A stretch of 32,000 nucleotides of DNA from Prevotella phage Lak-C1, in sequence record MK250029.1. One strand, given 5' to 3'. A model generated the notes under the pieces. It was not told the DNA's origin, made no database searches, and saw nothing but the letters and a program-made list of their open reading frames with translations. Positions within the stretch are counted from its first letter, which is position 1. Each line of letters opens with the position of its first letter. Positions 11,601-21,553 of this stretch are shown piece after piece. The position numbers and the translations under genes are program-made.

Positions 11601-13316
11601 TTAAATAAATCCATGGAATATAAAATCACCATAAATTGATCTAGTTGTTGGTCCCCATGTTGTCAATATAGCGACAACAAACCAAATATTTGTTAATTTT
11701 AATCGTTCATATGTAGGTAAGAAATCACCTCCAATGACAATAGTCCATTCTAATAATCTTACTAACTTTTCTATAGCAGGTGAATTTTGATCACTCAATG
11801 CTAACCGTATATCAAATAAATCAGGATCCATTAAATATTCTGGTGTTGTAATAGGAGGAAATGACTTTCTAACTATTTCATTTATTTTCTTAAAATCTAC
11901 ATTCTATAAAGCAGACTTTGCACCAATATCAAGTTTAAATTGACACTTACTCATATCAAATGCTATATTCATAACACCCATTCCCCAAAATGGTTTTCCT
12001 AACTATCCAGCTTTATATACAGTTGGATCAGTTTTATAAAAAGGACAAATTGCCATATTAGACTTTAATGTAAAGAAAAAGCCATATTCCTATGGACCTA
12101 TATAGAATGGACCACTTGCATTTATAATTGCATTATAGGCAACTGCTAATGCTTTTTCTAAAGCTTCCTTTGCTAATTGTACTGCTCTGATAATCTGATT
12201 AATAACTGCAAATAACGGTGCTAATTTCTCATCTACTGTACCGAATTTAATACGCCTTAGTAATTTTATAATTAACTCATTTTTCTTTATTAGAAGTAAA
12301 TTAATTATCTTTTTTATCTCTATAAATACAAGGTTTACTTTAGCAGTTACATAATCTCTATATTCTTTTGGCATAGTTGCTGTACCTGCTAAAATATCAG
12401 GTACTTTCTATACTACATTTAATACGAGATTGAAATAATCTAAAATATTTTTAATACGATCTATTATTTCTGGTGTCTCTGTTCTATATTCGCCTTTTAA
12501 TGTTTCTGAAATTTTTATAAGTAAATCTTTTGCAGCACATGTAAGTGAACAATAACCGTTTCCTGGCATAAAATCAATATGTTTACCACAAACAGGGCAT
12601 GTTCCACCTTTTGTAAGATAATGTCCAAACTGATCGACTGCAGAAGCTAATCCTATTGCAGCATCTAATGTATTTTTACTTGTTCTTGTTCCATCTTCAT
12701 CTTCTGTTACAGTATTTGTAACATTCTTAACTATATCTTCATCTTCTGCATTTTGTACAGAAGAAGCTGCTAATGTTGTTACATCCTATAATGCAACTGT
12801 ATCTTTTATCTGTTGATTAACATCTGTTTCTTTTCCTTGATGATATTCATTATCCTATACAGAAACACCATACATATCTTCTTCTATGATATTAGACTCA
12901 TCAAATAATGATGCTCCTGTATATTCCTCTAGATCTTCTTCTGATTGTTCAGTATGTCCAGTTGTATTTACAAATTCTTCATTATTATCTTCTTGTTCTT
13001 CTAACTATTTCTGTGTAAAAGAATTAATATATTCTGTTGTTTCTGCCCCAGATTTATTTTTTAATCTTTCACCAGTTGTTAAATTTTTAATACTATATAC
13101 CCGTTCAACATCAATCAGATTATTAGTTACATTTTCATCTTTATCTATTTCATAATAAACATCCCATGTTACTCGTATTTTATTTCTTGGATCTCCTACA
13201 TAATATGTTTTATATCTTAATGAACTAGTATAATATTTTTTATTCTCATCATACTAAAAATCATCGTCATCATAGTTATAATATATAACACCAGTTTTAG
13301 ATGTAATTGTTTCCAT
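11601..13316 (-). CDS. Uncharacterised phage protein, 571 aa (TAG-recoded, about 8 TAGs), with an internal Cys4 zinc-knuckle-like motif
   Basis: METITSKTGVIYYNYDDDDFQYDENKKYYTSSLRYKTYYVGDPRNKIRVTWDVYYE...; track ORFs 12090..12374 and 11601..11831 share the frame; TAA at 11601..11603. Confidence 0.85.
12532..12600 (-). other. Zinc-knuckle-like segment CPVCGKHIDFMPGNGYCSLTCAAK within the 571-aa protein
   Basis: CxxC...CxxxC spacing read from the translation. Confidence 0.55.
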
Positions 13317-13318
13317 TA

Positions 13319-14026
13319 TCAAATAATTAAGTTTTCAATATTTCCTAAATATTCAACTTCATTTAGATTAAATTTTTGTTTTGTATTGTCATTAAATTTT
13401 ACGATACATGTATTAACATTTTCCTATATAGAATATAATGTACCGAATTTATTATTCTTAATAACATATACATCATTTTCATGTAATTGATTTAATTTAA
13501 ATTTCAAATAATTATCATTTGTAAGTGGATATTTTGGTTTCTTATTTTGTTTATTTGCAATCATTTTACCTAATACTTTAGGTGCTCCATCAAATGTTTT
13601 TATATTATTGAAATTTGCATAACAATTACCATGAATAATATATGGGAATGCAGTCCAATCAGATAAATTATTTCCTGTCATATTACAAGAGCCATCTACC
13701 TCATTGAATTTAAATAACTGCATTCCCATACGATTCAATCCTTTATTGGAAAGATATAAATTATCATGGACATCTACTAATATACCATGACCTGTACATT
13801 TAATTTCGTAATTATCTACGTCTAATTCATTTAGCATTCTTTCGACTCTTGGTTTTAATTCATTTTCTTCATACTCTGAAGATATATTTGTTGATACATA
13901 ATCATCATCACCTAATATATCATCAAAATCATCATCAAAATCATCAAACATTGATTCGTTTAACGTAGATATATTTCTTTTATTGTATTTGTTTATTTTT
14001 TTATATTCTGGAACTGAAATAATCAT
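13319..14026 (-). CDS. Uncharacterised phage protein, 235 aa (one TAG at 13424)
   Basis: MIISVPEYKKINKYNKRNISTLNESMFDDFDDDFDDILGDDD...; reading through TAG gives a 34-residue extension (ENVNTCIVKFNDNTKQKFNLNEVEYLGNIENLII) ending in TGA. Confidence 0.85.
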
Positions 14027-14049
14027 AATTAGTTATTAAATAATAATTT

Positions 14050-14065
14050 ATATTATTTATTTTTT
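14050..14065 (-). promoter_or_regulatory. Candidate AT-rich phage promoter element upstream of the 14026 gene
   Basis: Minus-strand AAAAATAAATAATATA, about 24-39 nt before ATG. Confidence 0.3.
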
Positions 14066-14516
14066 AATTATTATCGTCCATAATCAAAGATGGTTTACCT
14101 CTATCATCTTTTTTAATTCCCTAACATTCTATTATTTTATTCTTATAAAAACGTTCATAGAAAAATACTTCCTCACACAAATTATACAGGTCTGTATGTT
14201 TAGGTAATATGCCATTATCTAAAAGTACAATTTTGTTTATTTCCTTAATCTTCTTAAATTTATTCTAAAGGTTAAACAATAAAGTTTCATCCAAATTTTT
14301 ATTTATGTAAATAATTCCTTGATATTTCTTTAATTTAGACGCCTATTGAATTTGATTCAATATTTCAGTATTAATGAAATATACATTCGACTATTTGCTG
14401 AGATCTAGTTTAAAACTACTTACGAACGACTATACATCAAGAATAAAAAAACTTTTAATGTTAGTAAATAACATTCTTAGTTTATTTTCAGATTCAGTTG
14501 TTACGTATATATTCAT
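14064..14516 (-). CDS. Uncharacterised 150-aa protein visible only with TAG recoding (5 in-frame TAGs)
   Basis: MNIYVTTESENKLRMLFTNIKSFFILDVQSFVSSFKLDLSKQSNVYFINTEILNQIQQASKLKKYQGIIYINKNLDETLLFNLQNKFKK...DDNN, TAA at 14064..14066; fills an otherwise empty gap. Confidence 0.75.
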
Positions 14517-14575
14517 TTATATTAATTACTCGTTAGTTTTTAATTATAGTTACCAATTATTTATTATTGAAATTA

Positions 14576-15715
14576 TCAACCTTCTTGTTTTGTATTATCT
14601 GATAATGTTGATTCATAATAATCAGTTAAACCTTTCGCTAACGCTTCTTTCAATGTATTATTATTCATACGTCTTGAAATACTTGTAACAAAATGTTCTG
14701 ACATTCCTTCTGGATACACATCCTTTATAGTTTTATATACTTCCTTTGGAGGTAATTCAAGTTCAATATCAACACCAATATTATATACTTTCTTCTTACT
14801 CTTATCAATCATATTAGTAATAAGAATATCCTCTTTATAATCTGGATCTTCATATGGTGATATTTTCTTATCTTCCAAAACTTGGTCAATTACTTCATTA
14901 CGTAATCGTTTTGCAAATTGTTCTGTAGATAATGTAACAGTTTCTCCATTAGAAACTATATTAATAGAATCATATTCTGAATTAGACAAAATATCATCAA
15001 GATTAATAGTAATGCTTGCATGACGTACAGTTTCAATTACCGCAGTAGAAATAGGTGATTTAGTTGTATTAACTTGCTTACTATTATATTGAGTAATTTG
15101 AGGATTTGGAACTTTTGCAATTATATCTGCTACAATTTCTGGAGACTCTACTTTAATTTCTGGTTTCTTTACAGTTTTACCTAAAATTAAATTATCAGTT
15201 GATTCAGAAATATTAGTATTCTACTTTAATGATGGATCTAATAATTCAGGATGTAAAGAAAGTAAATAATTTTCTTTTGGTTCGATATTTGTAGTTTTAA
15301 CTGTAACTGGTGGTGTCGCATCGGTTCTCTTACCTGCATTACTTATAGGTCTAGATGAAGATTTACCATCTTCAGATAATGTCAGACTCATATGTTCTCC
15401 ATTAACACCTATACCTGGTTGAGGAACCTCAAACACCTCTCCATTGTCTCCAGTTACTGTTTTTGTTTCATTAAGATTAAACTCTACTGTTTTGAATGAC
15501 CATTTATTTGTAGGACCAGAAAGTTCAGTCATCATATATCTACCATTAAATGCATTCATATTGTTTACTTCAGCAATATATGATTCATCACATTTCGTAT
15601 TATCCTCAAATACATAAAGGGTTAATTCATCATCAGATATATCATCGATATATTTCAATTTTGTAATTTTACCAAGAGTTTCTCCTGGTTGCATATGCTA
15701 ATAAAACTTTGCCAT
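14576..15715 (-). CDS. Uncharacterised phage protein, 379 aa (TAGs at 15221 and 15698)
   Basis: MAKFYQHMQPGETLGKITKLKYIDDISDDELTLYVFEDNTK...; track ORFs 15221..15694 and 14576..14989 share the frame, with no TAA/TGA in between; TGA at 14576..14578. Confidence 0.88.
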
Positions 15716-15724
15716 ATTTTATAA

Positions 15725-15898
15725 TTAGTTTTCTTTTTCTTTTACATATCGTACTTTTACTGATACGATATTAATATTATTGTTTTCTAAATTATTTTCT
15801 AATTTATTTATATTGGTATTTTCTTTGGGTATATTTTTAAACTTATTGGTAAATAAACCCATGAACCAATACCAACATCGTTTAATAAATTGAATCAT
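15725..15898 (-). CDS. Small uncharacterised protein (~57 aa)
   Basis: MIQFIKRCWYWFMGLFTNKFKNIPKENTNINKLENNLENNNINIVSVKVRYVKEKEN, TAA at 15725..15727. Confidence 0.5.
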   Translation of the reverse strand: MIQFIKRCWYWFMGLFTNKFKNIPKENTNINKLENNLENNNINIVSVKVRYVKEKEN

Positions 15899-15967
15899 GA
15901 AGTTATTACACAATATTAGTTTTACTCTAATATTTTATATCAAATATAATAAGTTTAGTTTACTTTA

Positions 15968-16372
15968 TTATTCACATGTATCTGCACTTCCATTTGATTG
16001 ATTTTCATCTTCAACTTCTGGTTTATTAACAGGTTTTTTTCTACAAGGTGCTTCAGTAATTTCTATCCTATTTTTACCAAAAGAACTTGTAATAGATTTA
16101 ATACCCATTAAACCTGCTGATACACTAAAGTATGTAATAGTTCTGTCTATGAATTCTAAAATATTTGCACATTCTCCTGGATTTATAAAATAATATAATA
16201 CAAGAATAACAAATAAAAATAAACACACACCTGATGCTATAAAACCTACAACTTTTGTTGAACTTGTTTTTCCGTTATTATTTGAAAATATTTCAACTGG
16301 AGAAAATTTATGGGCATTAAAAATAGGTACTCCATAAATTCCACAATCATCGCTTGTTTTCTATGTACTCAT
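15968..16372 (-). CDS. Small membrane protein (134 aa), two predicted transmembrane segments; holin-like or virion membrane protein possible but unproven
   Basis: MSTQKTSDDCGIYGVPIFNAHKFSPVEIFSNNNGKTSSTKVVGFIASGVCLFLFVILVLYYFINPGECANILEFIDRTITYFSVSAGLMGIKSI...; one in-frame TAG at 16361..16363. Confidence 0.75.
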
Positions 16373-16391
16373 TTGTTTTTAATTATTTTTC

Positions 16392-16409
16392 ATTTAATTA
16401 TTTATTTTT
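16392..16409 (-). promoter_or_regulatory. Candidate AT-rich phage promoter element upstream of the 16372 gene
   Basis: Minus-strand TAAAAATAAATAATTAAA, about 20-37 nt before ATG. Confidence 0.3.
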
Positions 16410-16449
16410 ATAAATATCATATACAAAATTTAATTAATTATTAATTTAA

Positions 16450-17484
16450 ATGAAATATTTTGGTTTTGACTCATCATATAAAAAACTATATGAATCATTA
16501 TTTGATGGTACAGATGGCATATTAGATAATAATGAAATTGATCATTCTGATTTATATATAGATGATGAATATATTTTTGAAAGATTTAAAGAATTATATA
16601 ATGAATAGGATTTATCAAAATATAGTATAATAGAATATCCTAAATTCAATAATTTTAATATATAGAATATAAATGGAATTGATTATAGATTTGTTGATAG
16701 TGTAGAATCTTGTGGACATTATACATTAGGTTATCCTAAGGGTATAAAACGTTCTGGAATATTTTCATATATAATTAATTCGCAGGAATTAATTGATTTT
16801 ATTATGAAATATAATATAATTATATAGTGTCCAATTTCATTAAATGGTAAATATTAGGAAACATATATAACTTATATTTTTGATAATATTAATATTCCTG
16901 AAAACTTTTTAAATAATTTTTCATTATATAAAGATTCATATGTAGTTAGAGCATATACACCTGGATTAATTTTTAATAACTGTAATATAATAGAAAATGA
17001 ATTAGAACATTTATTAAGTTCTACTGATTTTAGTTATAAACGAATAAAATATGTTAATTTAAATAAGGTAACATTAAAATCATTAAATATAACAATAACT
17101 TAGGATTTTTGTTTTGAAATAATGAATTGTAATTAGTTAACAGATTTAAATCTTATATATAAATGTAATATAGTCGATGATAATTCATTAGTTATAAAAA
17201 ATTGTAAGGCTTTGAAAAATGTTAATATATAGGATAATTCTAAATATGTTTCTTTATTAAAATTAAAAATTGATAAATGTCCTAATATTAATACAGATAC
17301 ATTAATATTACCAAATCATAATACAAAAATATATAATGTACAATTACTTAATGATAAAATAAAATAGCGTGCAATAAAATTCCGTGGTGATATAGTTGAA
17401 TATTTTTATAAGAATGGTAATGGTAAAGATTTTAAATATAAGTATTATAATATGGGACCAAACCCACATATGTATTGGTTATAA
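16450..17484 (+). CDS. Uncharacterised 344-aa protein with a Leu/Asn/Ile-rich LRR-like section; the only convincing plus-strand gene; 8 in-frame TAGs
   Basis: MKYFGFDSSYKKLYESLFDGTDGIIDNNEIDHSDLYIDDEYIFERFKELYNEQDLSKYSIIEYPKFNNFNIQNINGIDYRF...GPNPHMYWL, TAA at 17482..17484; no standard-code ORF over 60 aa is reported here. Confidence 0.85.
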
Positions 17485-17500
17485 AAATAATATATAATAA

Positions 17501-17532
17501 AAGGGAAATAACTGTTATGAGTTATTTCCCTT
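17501..17532. terminator. Bidirectional stem-loop between convergent units: AAGGGAAATAACT(gttatg)AGTTATTTCCCTT
   Basis: Perfect 13-bp inverted repeat with 6-nt loop, 16 nt after the TAA of the plus-strand gene. Confidence 0.88.
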
Positions 17533-17759
17533 AATTTATTAAAATAAGTTAGTAATTCGTTTGACTATATTTTTCCGTGTTTTATGTAAGATTTTGTATA
17601 TAGTCCAAACATGAGGACGAAATAAATACAGGTAAAACCTATAAAGTTTTTTTATTTCTTTAAAGGAGTATATATGAATTCCATCTGAATTTGTGCTTAA
17701 AATCTGTATAAACGTAAACATAGTATATATTCGAAAACTTATTTTAATTATTAAATAAT
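17533..17759 (-). ncRNA. Candidate structured RNA downstream of the RuvC nuclease gene (possible guide/omega-type RNA); hypothesis only
   Basis: About 225 nt between the nuclease TGA and the terminator, with complementary arms GTTTGACTATAT (17549..17560) and ATATAGTCCAAAC (17600..17612) and a small AGGT..ACCT hairpin. A 74-codon GTG-initiated ORF (17539..17763) overlaps, so a small protein remains possible. Confidence 0.25.
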
Positions 17760-19127
17760 TCACTTATTCTGCTCAAAATATGAACAACATATATATGATT
17801 TGTCTGAAGTGAATCTAGAAAACTACAGATTAAACTAATCTATAGAAAGTCGATATTTAAGTTTCGACTTTTTGAAGAAGTAATACAACTCAATCAAATC
17901 TTTGTATGTAGGTTGTAACTTAAATTCTTCCAACGACTTAAGATACAACTTATTGAACATACTTAAATTCGGTCTTATTATATTCTTTTTTATCTATTTT
18001 GTTTTACTTATATATTGATTATAAAACTCATAACCTCGTCTGCCTATTTCTATTGATGCTAGAATCATATCCGGTAAATTTAATGAACGATATAGAAAAT
18101 TACCTATAAATGATGAATACTCAGGTTTAACTTTTAATAATTTAATATTATGAATATTACAGCGCTTTGTTAAATTATTCACAAATGTATTCCTACACCA
18201 TAAATTAATGGATAATTTATTAAATTGCTTTCCCTTATCTAAATCTTTTGATTTAATATTTAAATCTTCAATAGAAATTAGTTGACATTTATAATATATT
18301 GCTTTATTAATTATATTCTTTACTATCTAAATTGTCTCAAAATTCCTCTTATTATTTAAAAATTTTCGTTTTTTTGATTCAGATGAATATCCTTTATTTT
18401 TTAAATTAAAATCCTTATCATTTAATTTCTTTATAGAATAAACGCCTGATTTAATAACATCAAATTCATTTTCAGATTTCCAATCAACAATAGACCATCC
18501 AATATAATTTGGATTCAAATCTAATGATAAAACTCTATTCTTTATGAATTTTGTTTCGTAATTATAAATATCAGTTTCTTCAAATATTATATAGATATAT
18601 TCTAAATCCAACTTATAAGCTATCTTTATTTCTTTCCTCTCTTGCTTCTAATATAACTTAGATAAAACCTATTTGCGTTTATTTAATCCTATAAATTGTA
18701 AATTTATTTTAGTTGATTTATTAGGTTTAAATGTAACATTTTCCAAATCTTGTTCTATATGAAATTTTCTGTTTCCTTTAACTGATTTATTAACTACTTC
18801 ACCTATTGAATATATAGGAGATAATCGTTTCTATTTAAACTATTCTTTAGATATATTATTTTTTAATCTATCAAAATAATTTTTTTTACCTCCAAATATT
18901 ACTTTCTATTTCTTTGGTATATCATAAAATGAACATTGAATAAACCAACTATCTAATAAATCTACATTATTTAATAACTTAATCTATTGTTTTATATCTT
19001 TCTATAATTTACTATCCTAAATTCTATTATATACAAAATGCTATACAGAACTATATTGTTTCATATAATCCTGTATAATACATAATGACTAATCATCTGT
19101 TTGATATTTAATCTTTAATACTTGCAT
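17760..19127 (-). CDS. TnpB/Cas12-like RuvC-domain nuclease, 455 aa, 14 in-frame TAGs, no obvious zinc-ribbon insertion
   Basis: MQVLKIKYQTDDQSLCIIQDYMKQYSSVQHFVYNRIQ...; RuvC-I VLSLDLNPNYIGWSIVDW (D at 18519..18521), RuvC-II LISIEDLNIKSKD (E at 18267..18269), RuvC-III LPDMILASIEIGRRGYEF (D at 18069..18071); track fragments 17994..18182 and 18327..18611 share the frame; TGA at 17760..17762. Confidence 0.8.
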
Positions 19128-19150
19128 TTTAATGTATATAATATTATATT

Positions 19151-19166
19151 CTTTTATTATTTATCT
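19151..19166 (-). promoter_or_regulatory. Candidate AT-rich phage promoter element upstream of the RuvC nuclease gene
   Basis: Minus-strand AGATAAATAATAAAAG, 24-39 nt before ATG. Confidence 0.4.
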
Positions 19167-19215
19167 AAATTTATTTTAAAATTATTAAAAATTCATAAAA
19201 AATATTATAAAAAAT

Positions 19216-19248
19216 AAGAGGAACTATACATCACGTACTGTTCCTCTT
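19216..19248. terminator. Stem-loop AAGAGGAAC(15 nt)GTTCCTCTT
   Basis: Perfect 9-bp inverted repeat; on the minus strand it is followed by ATTTTTT. Confidence 0.7.
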
Positions 19249-19271
19249 TAATCTAAATAATTTAGAAAAAT

Positions 19272-19315
19272 GAAAACTAATTGAAAAACGAGCAAACGTT
19301 TTTTCTTAGTTTTTC
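19272..19315. terminator. Long imperfect AT-rich hairpin GAAAACTAAttGAAAAACG(agcaaa)CGTTTTTTCTTAGTTTTTC
   Basis: About 16 pairs with small bulges, about 45 nt downstream of the TAA at 19360; terminator or part of a small RNA. Confidence 0.5.
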
Positions 19316-19359
19316 TATATCTTTTTATTTATCTATGTTTGAAAAATAATTTTTTTAAA

Positions 19360-21492
19360 TTAGTTTCCGCCGAATAATTTATCAAGTTCTTCCTGTGACA
19401 TTGCATCTACTGCATCATCACCGTTTGTTGATGGTTCATCATCTTTATTCTCGTCATCTGACTTATCATCATCTGAATCACTTGAATCATCAGAATCATC
19501 AGAACTATCTGAATCATCAACAATCTGACCACCAATCATTTCTTCAAATTCTTCTTTAGAAATACCATATTCATTATTTAAAACATCTGCAAGATCATTT
19601 ACATAATCAGTATTTGTTAAAACAACTTTAATAGGTTTATCTTCACTGTCAGAAGAATCATCTGAATTATCATCTGAACTTGCATCTGAATCTTCACCAT
19701 CTGTTGCATTATCATCTGTAGAATCATCTGTAGAATCATCTGCTGTATCACTTTCAGAATCATCATCTTCTAACAATTTCTTAAACTTATTATAATGTAA
19801 AGACTCATTAGGTGTTTCATCTGCAGTATCATCAGTATCTGTATTTTCATCTGAGTTTTCATCTGCTTCTGAATCTGTATCATCAGAATCTTCACTGTCA
19901 TCTGTTTCATCATCATCTTCAAATTCAATAGCATCATCTGGAACACCAGCATCTACAAGTGATTGTTTAAGTTCATCTGCAGCATCTTGATTTGCAACTG
20001 TAATTACAACGCGTGATAATTCTACTTCTTCATCATTATCGGGTGTTTCATCTGTATCGTCACCTGATTCAGTATCTGCATTATCGTCTGAAGCATCTGC
20101 ATTATCATCTTTACTATCTCCATCAGTAGGATCTACTGACAATGGTTCCAATGGATTTTCTTCATCTTCATTAATTGCTTTAGACTTATTCAACTTTTTG
20201 AAAGTCAAACGATATGTAAGTTCTTCATCAAGAATTAACATTAAACGCTCTTTATTTTCAATAGCTGTACGAAGTTCTCTCTTTGTTGATTTTGTAGCAG
20301 ATTCATTCAATGACTTATATGATTTCATAAGATTTGTATGCTGTTTCTTAACAGTATTTAACAATTCAAGAAGTTCTTTAGCTGAATATTCTGTAATATT
20401 CTTACCATTGATTGTTTTCTTAGAATATAATGTTTTCTTACCAGATTTCATAGCTTCACAAATCATATTGAACTTCTCTGCACCAAGTGATTCCTTTAAC
20501 TGCATAATCTCCTTTTTCTTCATGATAAGTTTCATCTTCTTATCATTACGCGGTTCTGTCTTTGCTTTATTAATTGCATTACTAATAATAGATTCATTAA
20601 GATATGGTTTCTTAGCAGAACGAACAATATCTCTTGTTGTCAAACCAGCTTTACGCATTTTTAATGCTTCAGAAAGGTTAACAAGTTTTTTACCTTTCTT
20701 TGGTGGACAACATCCCTTTTTCTTTTCAAGAAGTCTTCTTCTGTTTCTGAGTTTACGATTATTTAATGATTCATAGCATTCAAATTCACTGTCTTCCATA
20801 CATTCATCAAATTCATCATCTGCATCGTCATCTGAATCATTTAATGCATCATCATCAGCAAATTCCTCATCAGCATCTTCATATGTTTCATCATAAATAC
20901 CATCATCTTCCATATCTGCATATGCAGCATCTTTTGCATCTAATGCGTCAGGATCATCAGGATCAACTTCATCATAATCAGGAATCATATCATCATAATC
21001 ATCATCCTCTGTATCAATCCATTCACCTTCATCATCAAGACCATAATCTTCATCCATATCAATATAATCATCACCATATTCATCCTTCATATCTTCGATA
21101 GCGCAATCTCTTGCATCATCGTCACATGATTCATCAATATAATCATCACCATATTCATCTCTCATATCATCTTCAGCTGCTGCACGAGCATCATCATCTG
21201 ATTCAACGTCATCAAGTTCATCATCTGCATCGTCATATACAAAGAAATTATCAACGTCATCAATATAATAATCATTTTCAAATATGTCGATAATATCATC
21301 TTGTGTAAGACCATCAATTACCATATAAACAGTACCATCAGACTCTTCCTTAGTAATTGTTGCATCTGTTGTATCTTCTATCTATGAAGCGATTTTATCC
21401 ATCTAACCATTAAGTTCAGGATTTTCGTTTACAAGTCGTACAACATCAATCTTTACAGGAAATGTAAGACTTTCATTAAGTTTTCTTTTCAT
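19360..21492 (-). CDS. Highly acidic Asp/Glu/Ser-rich protein (710 aa), two in-frame TAGs near the N-terminus; possible structural, scaffold or DNA-mimic-like protein
   Basis: MKRKLNESLTFPVKIDVVRLVNENPELNGQMDKIASQIEDTTDATITKEESDGTVYMVIDGLTQDDI...; reading through TAGs at 21382 and 21403 extends the 654-aa track ORF to an upstream ATG; C-terminus DAMSQEELDKLFGGN. Confidence 0.9.
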
Positions 21493-21515
21493 ATTATTAT
21501 AAATAGAATTATTTT

Positions 21516-21535
21516 CTTTTTTATTATTTATCTTT
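21516..21535 (-). promoter_or_regulatory. Candidate AT-rich phage promoter element upstream of the 21492 gene
   Basis: Minus-strand AAAAGATAAATAATAAAAAAG, about 24-43 nt before ATG. Confidence 0.4.
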
Positions 21536-21553
21536 TTGAAAAAACACTATAAA

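Noticed and set aside
3582-11831. Interpretation of this region as a decayed prophage full of pseudogenes
   Set aside because: The interruptions are almost exclusively TAG, never TAA or TGA, with no frame changes over more than 8 kb. Random decay would produce all three stops and frameshifts.
12886-13155. Plus-strand ORF 12886..13155
   Set aside because: Antisense to the recoded 11601..13316 gene; Ser/Leu/Val-rich reading with no support.
14374-14688. Plus-strand 104-aa ORF 14374..14688
   Set aside because: Overlaps two coherent minus-strand genes (14064..14516 and 14576..15715); Leu/Tyr/Ile-rich composition typical of AT-rich antisense.
15912-15934. AATATTAG/CTAATATT inverted repeat as a terminator
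   Set aside because: Only 8 bp, all AT except one pair, in a very AT-rich region; compatible with chance.
17607-17630. Hammerhead-like core ATGAGGACGAAAT on the plus strand
   Set aside because: The conserved C of CUGANGA is missing and there is no room for stem II between the boxes; not a convincing ribozyme.
17760-19127. IS200/IS605 transposon carrying the TnpB-like gene
   Set aside because: No tnpA-like Y1 transposase or clear element ends are visible; kept as a stand-alone gene rather than an insertion sequence.
19770-21293. ORFs 19770..19952 (-), 20198..20776 (+), 20766..21101 (+), 21111..21293 (+)
   Set aside because: They overlap the acidic 19360..21492 gene in other frames; composition (His/Gln/Leu repeats) is the frame-shifted or antisense reading of Asp/Glu/Ser codons.
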